Shown: positions 48,189 to 54,711 of the stretch, one piece after another
Numbering within the stretch: position 1 is the stretch's first letter
How the letters are laid out: each line of letters starts with the position of its first letter
NCBI GenBank assembly: GCA_964424065.1
Contig: CAYRHD010000007.1
Coordinates: 9,094 to 73,093 of the forward strand
DNA length: 64,000 bases
Source of the DNA: an uncultured Alphaproteobacteria bacterium
Lineage (GTDB): Bacteria; Pseudomonadota; Alphaproteobacteria; UBA9655
Direction: 5' to 3'
Program-made: the position numbers and the translations under genes
Notes under the pieces: model-generated
Seen by the model: the letters and a program-made list of their open reading frames with translations, nothing else
Database searches by the model: none
What the model was told of the DNA's origin: nothing

Positions 48189-49091
48189 TTACTGTGAATC
48201 CGTATTTAATTTTATATTTTTCCTATTCTTTTTTATAAGTTGTCCACAACCCCCCTCAACATCTCGTCCTCTACTTATTTGTAGAATTGTATCTAATCCT
48301 TTTTTAGCTACGATATTCTTAAACTCATAAGCAAATTCATCTGATACTCTTTGATAAGGAAGTCCAATTGTAGGATTGTATAGTTGTATTTGAGCTTCAA
48401 AGTAGCGTGGATCAAGTAAATTTGCGAAATCTATAGCATGCTGCTGTGTATCATTAATTCCTTTAAGTAAAAGATATGTGGCCTTTACATATCCATTTGT
48501 TTTTTTAGCATATTCTTTGCATGCTTCTATGGCTGATTCAATGGAATATTTTTGTGTTATTGGCATAATCTTTGTTCTTTCTGCATTGTATGGGGAGTGA
48601 ACAGAGAGATAAAGCTTAAGTCTTATATCTAAAGATAAGTTTGCTAATTCATATATACGGTTAGATATCCCAACCGTTGAAAGACTCATTCTATTAAGGT
48701 AAGGGAACTTTTCTTGAACGACACCAAGAAATGTGCATATATTATTATAATTCTTTAAAGGTTCACCCATTCCCATCAATGCAATGTTAAAGGCTGCGTC
48801 ATCTTTTTCTATCTCGTTTTTCACGATATCTTTTACAATTAGATCAACTTGTTCGAGTATTTCTTCTGGAGTAAGATTAGCAAAAAAGCCACCATGTCCA
48901 GTAGCGCAGAACTTGCATCCCATAGCACATCCTGCTTGAGACGAAACACAAATACGATATTCTTCAAAAGCTATCCCATTATTTGGTGGAAGGCGAAAAT
49001 ATATTGATTCAAATAAATTTCCTTCTTGGTTTTTGAATGCATATTTGATGCTTCCATCAGAAGATATTGATTTATTAATTATTTCAAGCAT
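48189..49091 (-). CDS. RlmN/Cfr-family radical SAM methyl-synthase, lacking the N-terminal accessory domain
   Basis: 300 aa with ICVSSQAGCAMGCKFCATG (cluster CxxxCxxC plus the upstream Cys), MGMGEPLKN, SLSTVG and a C-terminal GGCGQL. It is collinear with E. coli RlmN from about residue 85 onward. An AGGAGAA RBS lies 7 nt upstream. Confidence 0.85.
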   Translation of the reverse strand: MLEIINKSISSDGSIKYAFKNQEGNLFESIYFRLPPNNGIAFEEYRICVSSQAGCAMGCKFCATGHGGFFANLTPEEILEQVDLIVKDIVKNEIEKDDAAFNIALMGMGEPLKNYNNICTFLGVVQEKFPYLNRMSLSTVGISNRIYELANLSLDIRLKLYLSVHSPYNAERTKIMPITQKYSIESAIEACKEYAKKTNGYVKATYLLLKGINDTQQHAIDFANLLDPRYFEAQIQLYNPTIGLPYQRVSDEFAYEFKNIVAKKGLDTILQISRGRDVEGGCGQLIKKNRKNIKLNTDSQ

Positions 49092-49110
49092 AGAGCCTTC
49101 TCCTAAACAT

Positions 49111-49138
49111 ATAATCTATAATCTATAATCTACAATCT
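49111..49138. repeat. heptamer tandem repeat (ATAATCT x3, then ACAATCT) in the divergent control region
   Basis: Read directly from the sequence. It creates phased TATAAT hexamers at 49110, 49117 and 49124 on the + strand and lies 20-50 nt upstream of the radical SAM start codon. Confidence 0.85.
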
Positions 49139-49313
49139 ATAAAATGTAAAATCCCCAACATTATGATCCTTCTTACCAAAAGTTATTTTTGAATAGCTAT
49201 AGACTTGTTCATTTGTGTTCTAATCATTAAAGATATGTAGTTTTTTATAAAGTGGTATGTTGAGAGATCTTTCCCTCGTTCTCGTAACTTCTAAAATTTC
49301 TTTTTATAAAATT

Positions 49314-49327
49314 ATGTATAAATGCAA
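49314..49327. promoter_or_regulatory. operator-like motif ATGTAT-AA-ATGCAA
   Basis: Same half-site and spacing as the palindrome at 42342. Confidence 0.45.
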
Positions 49328-49336
49328 AATTATCTA

Positions 49337-49365
49337 TTGACCATTCGATACGATTATGTATTTAT
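49337..49365 (+). promoter_or_regulatory. candidate sigma70-type promoter of the selD operon (TTGACC-N16-TATTTA)
   Basis: The -35 element lies at 49337-49342 and a -10-like element at 49359-49364. The -10 element is embedded in operator-like motif 49356-49369. It lies about 75 nt upstream of the first ORF. Confidence 0.35.
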
Positions 49366-49369
49366 GCAA
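49356..49369. promoter_or_regulatory. operator-like motif ATGTAT-TT-ATGCAA
   Basis: Same motif family. It overlaps the candidate -10 element. Confidence 0.45.
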
Positions 49370-49413
49370 AAGACAATGCTTTTATCGGTTAGCCCGATTT
49401 AAAAGACAAAAGT

Positions 49414-49427
49414 ATGTATTTATACAA
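49414..49427. promoter_or_regulatory. operator-like inverted repeat ATGTAT-TT-ATACAA
   Basis: Near-perfect palindrome directly abutting the AAGGAAG ribosome-binding site of the 67-aa ORF. Confidence 0.5.
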
Positions 49428-49438
49428 AGGAAGAAAGA

Positions 49439-49642
49439 ATGAAGATTCGTTTAATTAGAACAAATGCAACAACAGCACATCTAGGTGCGATTCAAAAGAT
49501 CAACGATATTCAGTTTCAGGATATTTATGATGTGGATGACAAAAAAGCTAAAGGCTTAAATTTAAAATTCGGCGCAATCCCTGCTAGGGACTTAAAAAAT
49601 ACAATTACCAATTCACAAGAAGTATACTTTAAAGGAGAATAA
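49439..49642 (+). CDS. small hypothetical protein (67 aa), first cistron of the selD operon
   Basis: A good RBS (AAGGAAG) lies 6 nt upstream. Its stop is 1 nt before the next start, and its last codons (GGAGAA) supply the next gene's RBS. It faintly resembles a degenerate Rossmann N-terminus of Gfo/Idh/MocA type, without the Gly motif. Confidence 0.5.
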   Translation: MKIRLIRTNATTAHLGAIQKINDIQFQDIYDVDDKKAKGLNLKFGAIPARDLKNTITNSQEVYFKGE

Positions 49643-49643
49643 A

Positions 49644-50963
49644 ATGAATTTATTAAAAATAAAATCTATTTCTATTTTTTTTGCTAAAATGTTCTATATT
49701 TGCTTTTGTTGGGCCAATGATGATCTTGATATTGAAGCATTAGCATCTCTAACAAAAAATCTCAAATCTTTAGAGATTAATCATAAGAATTTCAATGAAT
49801 TAAAAGATATAGAAGGGATTATCCTTATAGGATCGAGTGGAGCAGGGAAAACAACTTTGCTTAATGAAATACGAGAAAAATGTAGAGGAGTTTCAATTCC
49901 AATAAGATTTATTACAAGACCCTTAAGATTAAATGAAGATGATGATGAAAATACTCATATTACAAAAGAACAATTTGAGGAAAAGCTTAAAAATGGAGAG
50001 ATTTCTTTTGCTTGGACTAGAGGATTTGAAAATGACCGTAAAGAATATTACGGATTTGAAAATGCCTCGAATGGTTTTCCAATTTATTCAGCAAATAATT
50101 CATTCTTTTACTCTGAAACAGGGTTTGCAAATTTTAACCATCTCATTATAAGCGTGTACGCTCCGGATGAAATACGTCAACATCGCCTTGCTTTGAGATC
50201 GCCAGATTTTGCCCTAGGAGAATTTAAAATCAGAGTAGAAGATCCTTATAAGGATGCTAAAAATTTCGCCCATGTCGTCGTTCATAACTATGGAGATTTT
50301 GAAAACCGATCTTCTAAATTTGACCTTGTAACCTTTATTAATGCTTTGAAAGTTATTAAATCTGGATGGGGCAGAATCAGAGACCTTAATAATCATAGGA
50401 TTGAATACCGTGCCCGTCTTTTTGATATTATGACTCATGATGTTGAATTTTTTGGTGGTGAGAGGAAAACTTTCCAATATGCTAGGAGAAGTCCTGGAGT
50501 TCGTGTTCTTGCAGAGCAAAATGGCAAATTTCTAATTACGGCAGAATGGAGAACCGAAATAAGTGGATGGGATTTCAGGTTACCTGGTGGTAAATGCTTT
50601 GAAAATACAGAAGAGTATGCAGATTATTTAAAAAAATTTGGCAAAGATTTTTTGCCAGAAAAGGGGATAGATTCTGCGGTTTTAGAACTAAAAGAAGAAT
50701 GTGGGCTTACACTAAAAAAAGAGGACGTAAAGCATTTTGCTACCTCAAAGTGTGGGGCTACCGTTGATTGGGATTTATATTACTATTTTACTGAACTTAC
50801 AGATACATCTAATGATTACTCCCATACATCTCCAGAAGGTGAAAGAACTTTATCATTATGGTTGCTTCCTGAAGAAGTCCTAAATCTCTGTTTTAATGGC
50901 AGCATAAGTGAAGATCGTACGGCAGCTACTCTCATGCGCTTTTTTTTAAACTCAAAAAAATAG
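49644..50963 (+). CDS. fusion protein: PhnN/guanylate-kinase-like P-loop kinase plus Nudix hydrolase
   Basis: 439 aa. The N-terminal half has the P-loop GSSGAGKTTLL, then IRFITRP...ENTHITKEQFEEK...ISFAWTRGF...YYGF, which is collinear with PhnN (ribose 1,5-bisphosphokinase). The C-terminal half has a Nudix-like box, LPGGK...AVLELKEECGL. The N-terminal 25 aa are hydrophobic. Confidence 0.7.
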   Translation: MNLLKIKSISIFFAKMFYICFCWANDDLDIEALASLTKNLKSLEINHKNFNELKDIEGIILIGSSGAGKTTLLNEIREKCRGVSIPIRFITRPLRLNEDDDENTHITKEQFEEKLKNGEISFAWTRGFENDRKEYYGFENASNGFPIYSANNSFFYSETGFANFNHLIISVYAPDEIRQHRLALRSPDFALGEFKIRVEDPYKDAKNFAHVVVHNYGDFENRSSKFDLVTFINALKVIKSGWGRIRDLNNHRIEYRARLFDIMTHDVEFFGGERKTFQYARRSPGVRVLAEQNGKFLITAEWRTEISGWDFRLPGGKCFENTEEYADYLKKFGKDFLPEKGIDSAVLELKEECGLTLKKEDVKHFATSKCGATVDWDLYYYFTELTDTSNDYSHTSPEGERTLSLWLLPEEVLNLCFNGSISEDRTAATLMRFFLNSKK

Positions 50964-50970
50964 GTGAACT

Positions 50971-52023
50971 ATGAATACAGTTACTTTAACTAACTTATCG
51001 CAAGCCGGTGGATGCGGATGTAAACAGCAAGAAGACACACTTTCAGAAATTTTATGTTCTCTAAAACAAGATTTCATAAATCCTGCTGTTATTGTTGATT
51101 TTAAAAATAGTGATGATTGCGCTGTTTATGATTTAAATGAGGAGGAATATCTCCTTATGACAACGGATTTTTTTACTCCAGTAGTTGATGATCCTTACGT
51201 CTATGGAGTTGTTTCAGCAGCAAATGCTCTAAGTGATATATATGCGATGGGTGGTAAACCAATTATAGCAAATGCCATCCTTGGATATCCACGAGATCAA
51301 ATAACTGCCAAAGATCTAGAGCAAATTCTTCGAGGAGGAACCGATACTTTAAATAGTTCCAATTGCAGTATTGTAGGTGGTCATACAATAGAAAATCCTC
51401 AACCATTCTATGGGTTTACCATTCTAGGAACTGTTAAGAAAACTAACTTGAAAAAGAATATTGGAGCTCGGGAAGGGGATCTTTTAATTCTGACAAAGCC
51501 TCTTGGAGTTGGAATCTATTCAAATGCATTGAAGTTAGGATTATTAACAGATGAGTTATATAATTTTATGCTACCCCATCTTATGAAGGTAAATACGGAA
51601 GGTTTTGATCTTGGATTTCTCTCAAGTATTCATAGTATGACAGATTTAACAGGATTTGGGCTGATTGGACATGCTTTAGAACTTTGTCAGGAAGCAAAGC
51701 TATCACTTGAGCTATTTTACCACAGAATCGATTTCTTCCCTCAATTAGAAAATCTAGTGGGAGCTGTCACATCGCCAAATAGTGGAGTTATGAGAAATTA
51801 CCACAATTATAAAGATAAAATTAAGATTAGAGAAGTTAAGGAAGGTGAAAATCTTGATAAACTCTTACCCTTATTTGATCCTCAATCTAATGGTGGACTT
51901 TTGCTATCCATTGAAGAAAAGGATTTAAAGCAAGTTTTAAAAATTGTTGGACCACAAGCTAGAATTATTGGGCGATTTGTAAATAGAAGAACACAAGAAA
52001 CTCCAATTGTAATTGGAAAATGA
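50971..52023 (+). CDS. selD: selenophosphate synthetase (selenide, water dikinase), Cys-type
   Basis: 350 aa. LTNLSQAGGCGCKQ matches the SelD active-site loop (E. coli LTQYSHGAGCGCK). DDCAVYDL, TTDFFTPVVDDPY and SDIYAMGGKPI follow in order, as in SelD. Confidence 0.9.
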   Translation: MNTVTLTNLSQAGGCGCKQQEDTLSEILCSLKQDFINPAVIVDFKNSDDCAVYDLNEEEYLLMTTDFFTPVVDDPYVYGVVSAANALSDIYAMGGKPIIANAILGYPRDQITAKDLEQILRGGTDTLNSSNCSIVGGHTIENPQPFYGFTILGTVKKTNLKKNIGAREGDLLILTKPLGVGIYSNALKLGLLTDELYNFMLPHLMKVNTEGFDLGFLSSIHSMTDLTGFGLIGHALELCQEAKLSLELFYHRIDFFPQLENLVGAVTSPNSGVMRNYHNYKDKIKIREVKEGENLDKLLPLFDPQSNGGLLLSIEEKDLKQVLKIVGPQARIIGRFVNRRTQETPIVIGK

Positions 52024-53234
52024 TGACCATGTTACATAAAAATCATTCTAAAATTAGATGCTTATTTCCTGCTTTAAAAGATGGAACGGTTTATCTTGAC
52101 AATGCAGCAACGACTTTGAAGCCAACGCCTGTCATTGAGAAACTTCTTGAGTATTATCAAGAATATCCAGCAAACGTGCATAGAAGTGCCTATAAAATGG
52201 CAGAAAAAGCAAATTTGGAATATGAAAAATCACGGTGTTTAGTTCAGAAATTTATCAACGCGATTTCTCCAGAAGAAATTATTATTACAAGAGGCTCAAC
52301 TGAAGCGATAAATCTAGTTGCACTTTCTTGGGGTGAAGAAAATATAAAGCAAGGGGATAAAATCCTTATCTCTATTTTAGAACATCACTCAAATATTCTT
52401 CCTTGGGAAAAACTTGCTGAGCGTAAGAGTGCTCAGGTTAATTATATTCCTGTTACACCTCAAGGTGATGTAGATTTAGAAAGTTTTCAAAACCTTTTAG
52501 ATAGCAAAGTTAAGCTTATTGCTATTACAGGTGCATCTAATGTTATTGGAACTTTAGTTCCTTTAGAGAAAATCATCTCTCTGGGGCATTTACATGGTGC
52601 AAAAGTATTAGTTGATGCTGCTCAAGCTGCAGCTCATGTATCTATTGATGTGCAGCAACTTAATTGTGATTTTCTTTGTTTATCCGCGCATAAGGTATAT
52701 GGAGCAACAGGTATTGGAATTTTATATGGAAAACGTTCCTTATTAGAGAATATGCCTCCAGTTATTTATGGGGGAGGGATGGCTGATAGACTCCGATTGA
52801 ATGGTGCTGGTTATGAATTACCTCATAAGTTTGAAGCAGGTACACCTCCAATAGCTAGTTTTATTGCTTTTGGTGCTGCTATTGAGTTTATTCAAGCTTT
52901 AGGATTTGAAAGTATATGTAATTATGAAGAAGAGCTTTTCGAACACTTCTGCAAGGAATTACATAATATCCCTGAAATAAGCATTCTTGGTGCTCCTCAA
53001 AAGAGGATCGGGGTTTGCTCTATTTTAGCCAAGAATATTCATGCCCATGATCTAGGGACTCTACTTGATGATTATGGAATTGCTGCAAGAGTTGGGCACC
53101 ATTGCGCATCTCCCCTCATGAAACATTACGGGGTTTCATCTACCCTTAGAATCTCTCTTGGTATTTATAACAATTTAGAAGATATAGAAAAGACAATTTA
53201 TGCATTAAAACGAATAGTGGAGATGTTCAAATGA
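52020..53234 (+). CDS. sufS: SufS-type (group II) cysteine desulfurase / selenocysteine lyase
   Basis: 404 aa with LDNAATTLKP, ANVHRS, LEHHSNILPW, the PLP lysine in LSAHKVYG and the catalytic Cys in RVGHHCASPL. It is collinear with B. subtilis SufS. Its start overlaps the selD stop. Confidence 0.88.
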   Translation: MMTMLHKNHSKIRCLFPALKDGTVYLDNAATTLKPTPVIEKLLEYYQEYPANVHRSAYKMAEKANLEYEKSRCLVQKFINAISPEEIIITRGSTEAINLVALSWGEENIKQGDKILISILEHHSNILPWEKLAERKSAQVNYIPVTPQGDVDLESFQNLLDSKVKLIAITGASNVIGTLVPLEKIISLGHLHGAKVLVDAAQAAAHVSIDVQQLNCDFLCLSAHKVYGATGIGILYGKRSLLENMPPVIYGGGMADRLRLNGAGYELPHKFEAGTPPIASFIAFGAAIEFIQALGFESICNYEEELFEHFCKELHNIPEISILGAPQKRIGVCSILAKNIHAHDLGTLLDDYGIAARVGHHCASPLMKHYGVSSTLRISLGIYNNLEDIEKTIYALKRIVEMFK

Positions 53235-53692
53235 ACGTAACTGATACTTCAAAACTTTATCAAGAAACCATTCTTGCTTTTAATAAAAAGCCTTTGAATT
53301 ATGGCATTATTCAAGGGAACAACTGCAATATGGCCGAATGTCACAATCCACATTGTGGTGATACGGTTAAACTTTTTATAACCTTTTCAACAACAACTGT
53401 GCCCACCATTAAGCAAATTAGCTTTTATGGTGAAAGCTGTGCTGTTACAAAAACTTCTGCATCTTTGATGACAAAAAAATTAAAAAATAAGAATTTAACT
53501 CAGACTGGGAAGTTAATTTCTAGTTTTTACTCTCTTGTGGAGAATTCTTCTTCTGATGATCAAACTGAAGAGAATGAGCTAGGTGAGCTTAAAATTTTTA
53601 GTTCTCTTAGCCGCTTTCCGTCTCGGAAAACATGCGCATTGCTACCGTGGAAGGCTTTAGAACAACTCACTTATGCGTTTGTGAAAAAATGA
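53231..53692 (+). CDS. sufU: SufU-type sulfur/selenium acceptor scaffold
   Basis: 153 aa with the three SufU cysteines in context (NPHCGD, GESCAV, RKTCALLPWKALEQ). Its start overlaps the sufS stop in an ATGA. Confidence 0.85.
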   Translation: MNVTDTSKLYQETILAFNKKPLNYGIIQGNNCNMAECHNPHCGDTVKLFITFSTTTVPTIKQISFYGESCAVTKTSASLMTKKLKNKNLTQTGKLISSFYSLVENSSSDDQTEENELGELKIFSSLSRFPSRKTCALLPWKALEQLTYAFVKK

Positions 53693-54612
53693 ATTTTATT
53701 ATAGCAGCAGGTTACAAATACACAGACGTGGATGTTTTAGCTTCTAGTATTGCGCTTAGAGAATTAATGCATCTTCAAGGAAAAAAAGCGGATATACACC
53801 TAACAGGACCATTTAATGCATCAATTCCAAGTAGATTTATTGATAGTGTGACTGAGTATGTAAATCGAACAGTTCTCTCAAAACTATCAGAATGTAATTT
53901 TATTCTTGTAGATATTTCTAATCCTGATTATGTCGATTCGTTTGTAAAAATAGACAAGGTATGCGCAGTCTATGATCATCACTTTGGATATGAAGAATTT
54001 TGGGCGAGACGCATAGGAGTCCAAGCAAAGATTGAACCAATAGGGGCGTGTGCCACTCTTATATGGGAAGAATTTAAGACTTATAATTTTCATAAGAAAA
54101 TTTCTTCTTTAGCAGCTAATCTTCTTTATACAGCGATTATCTCCAACTCTCTAAATTTTAACGCTCAAGTTACTTCCTTACGAGATAAAACAGCAGCAAA
54201 AGAAATCCTTAACTACGTTACACTTCCTGAAAATTGGGCTAAAGAGTATTACAGAGAAGTTGAGAATCATATATTTCAGAATTTACCTAATTGCATACAA
54301 AACGATACAAAAATAATTTCTAAATCTCATTTGGATTTTTTGTTTAGCCAATTAGAAATACATGATCCTAAAAGTCTTATGAAAAAATATAATGTTCATA
54401 AAGAGATGGATCGTATTTTTCCAAAAAGAAATTGGCTTCTTAATTTAATTAGTATTAAAGAAGGGAATAGTTATTTATTTACTAACTCAGAAAAAATAAG
54501 AAATATGTTGGAACAGGTTATTCCGGTAATAAGAAAACCCTCCTTCTCAAAATCCAAAACAGTATGGTTGCGTAAAGAAATACTAGGATTGATAGAGAAG
54601 GTGAATTCATAA
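53689..54612 (+). CDS. DHH-family phosphoesterase (family II pyrophosphatase-like, divergent metal ligands)
   Basis: I place the start at the ATG at 53689, which overlaps the sufU stop in an ATGA; the track ORF begins at 53632. Motifs appear in order: YKYTDVDVLASS (DxD), ILVDISN, VYDHHFG (DHH), PIGACATL and AIISNSLNF. Family II PPases have H, DHNE and SDT at three of these positions. Confidence 0.65.
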   Translation: MNFIIAAGYKYTDVDVLASSIALRELMHLQGKKADIHLTGPFNASIPSRFIDSVTEYVNRTVLSKLSECNFILVDISNPDYVDSFVKIDKVCAVYDHHFGYEEFWARRIGVQAKIEPIGACATLIWEEFKTYNFHKKISSLAANLLYTAIISNSLNFNAQVTSLRDKTAAKEILNYVTLPENWAKEYYREVENHIFQNLPNCIQNDTKIISKSHLDFLFSQLEIHDPKSLMKKYNVHKEMDRIFPKRNWLLNLISIKEGNSYLFTNSEKIRNMLEQVIPVIRKPSFSKSKTVWLRKEILGLIEKVNS

Positions 54613-54711
54613 ACAATATTAAACGTTCATATCACTTGTTCACGACACCCTCAATTCTTTGATTGCTTCTCAAGATGATAAATTGTAACTTACCTGTAAA
54701 ATGAGGAAATC

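Larger units (their letters stand above)
39932..54650. other. AT-rich genomic island adjacent to tRNA-Lys (no mobility genes seen)
   Basis: The composition drops abruptly right after the tRNA. In hand counts of sample 60-nt lines, three of the four island lines were 17-37% GC and one was 42%, versus about 40-52% in three flank lines. Host-like composition returns near 54.65 kb. The gene content is unrelated to the flanks. Confidence 0.65.

Noticed and set aside
49111-49138. Short tandem repeats considered as a possible CRISPR array
   Set aside because: The units are 7 bp and directly adjacent with no spacers, and there are no cas genes. This is a microsatellite-like promoter repeat, not CRISPR.
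49439-49642. Possibility that the 67-aa ORF is a RiPP precursor modified by the neighbouring radical SAM enzyme
   Set aside because: The radical SAM enzyme is clearly of the RlmN/Cfr nucleic-acid methyl-synthase type, with no SPASM or RiPP-recognition features. The peptide has no Cys/Ser/Thr-rich core, no leader-like motif and no Gly-Gly cleavage site. No peptidase or exporter is present. I kept it as an unexplained small cistron only.
40462-54612. In-frame TGA (selenocysteine) codons or SECIS-like interruptions in island genes
   Set aside because: All island ORFs are continuous with tight spacing. SelD has Cys, not Sec, at the active-site loop. There is no evidence of recoding.
54612-54711. 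Search for a direct repeat of the tRNA-Lys 3' end (att site) at the right island border
   Set aside because: I found no match of 10 nt or more to GGTTCGAATCCTGTAGCGCCCACCA by eye, so an integrase-type att boundary cannot be claimed. The island border rests on composition only.
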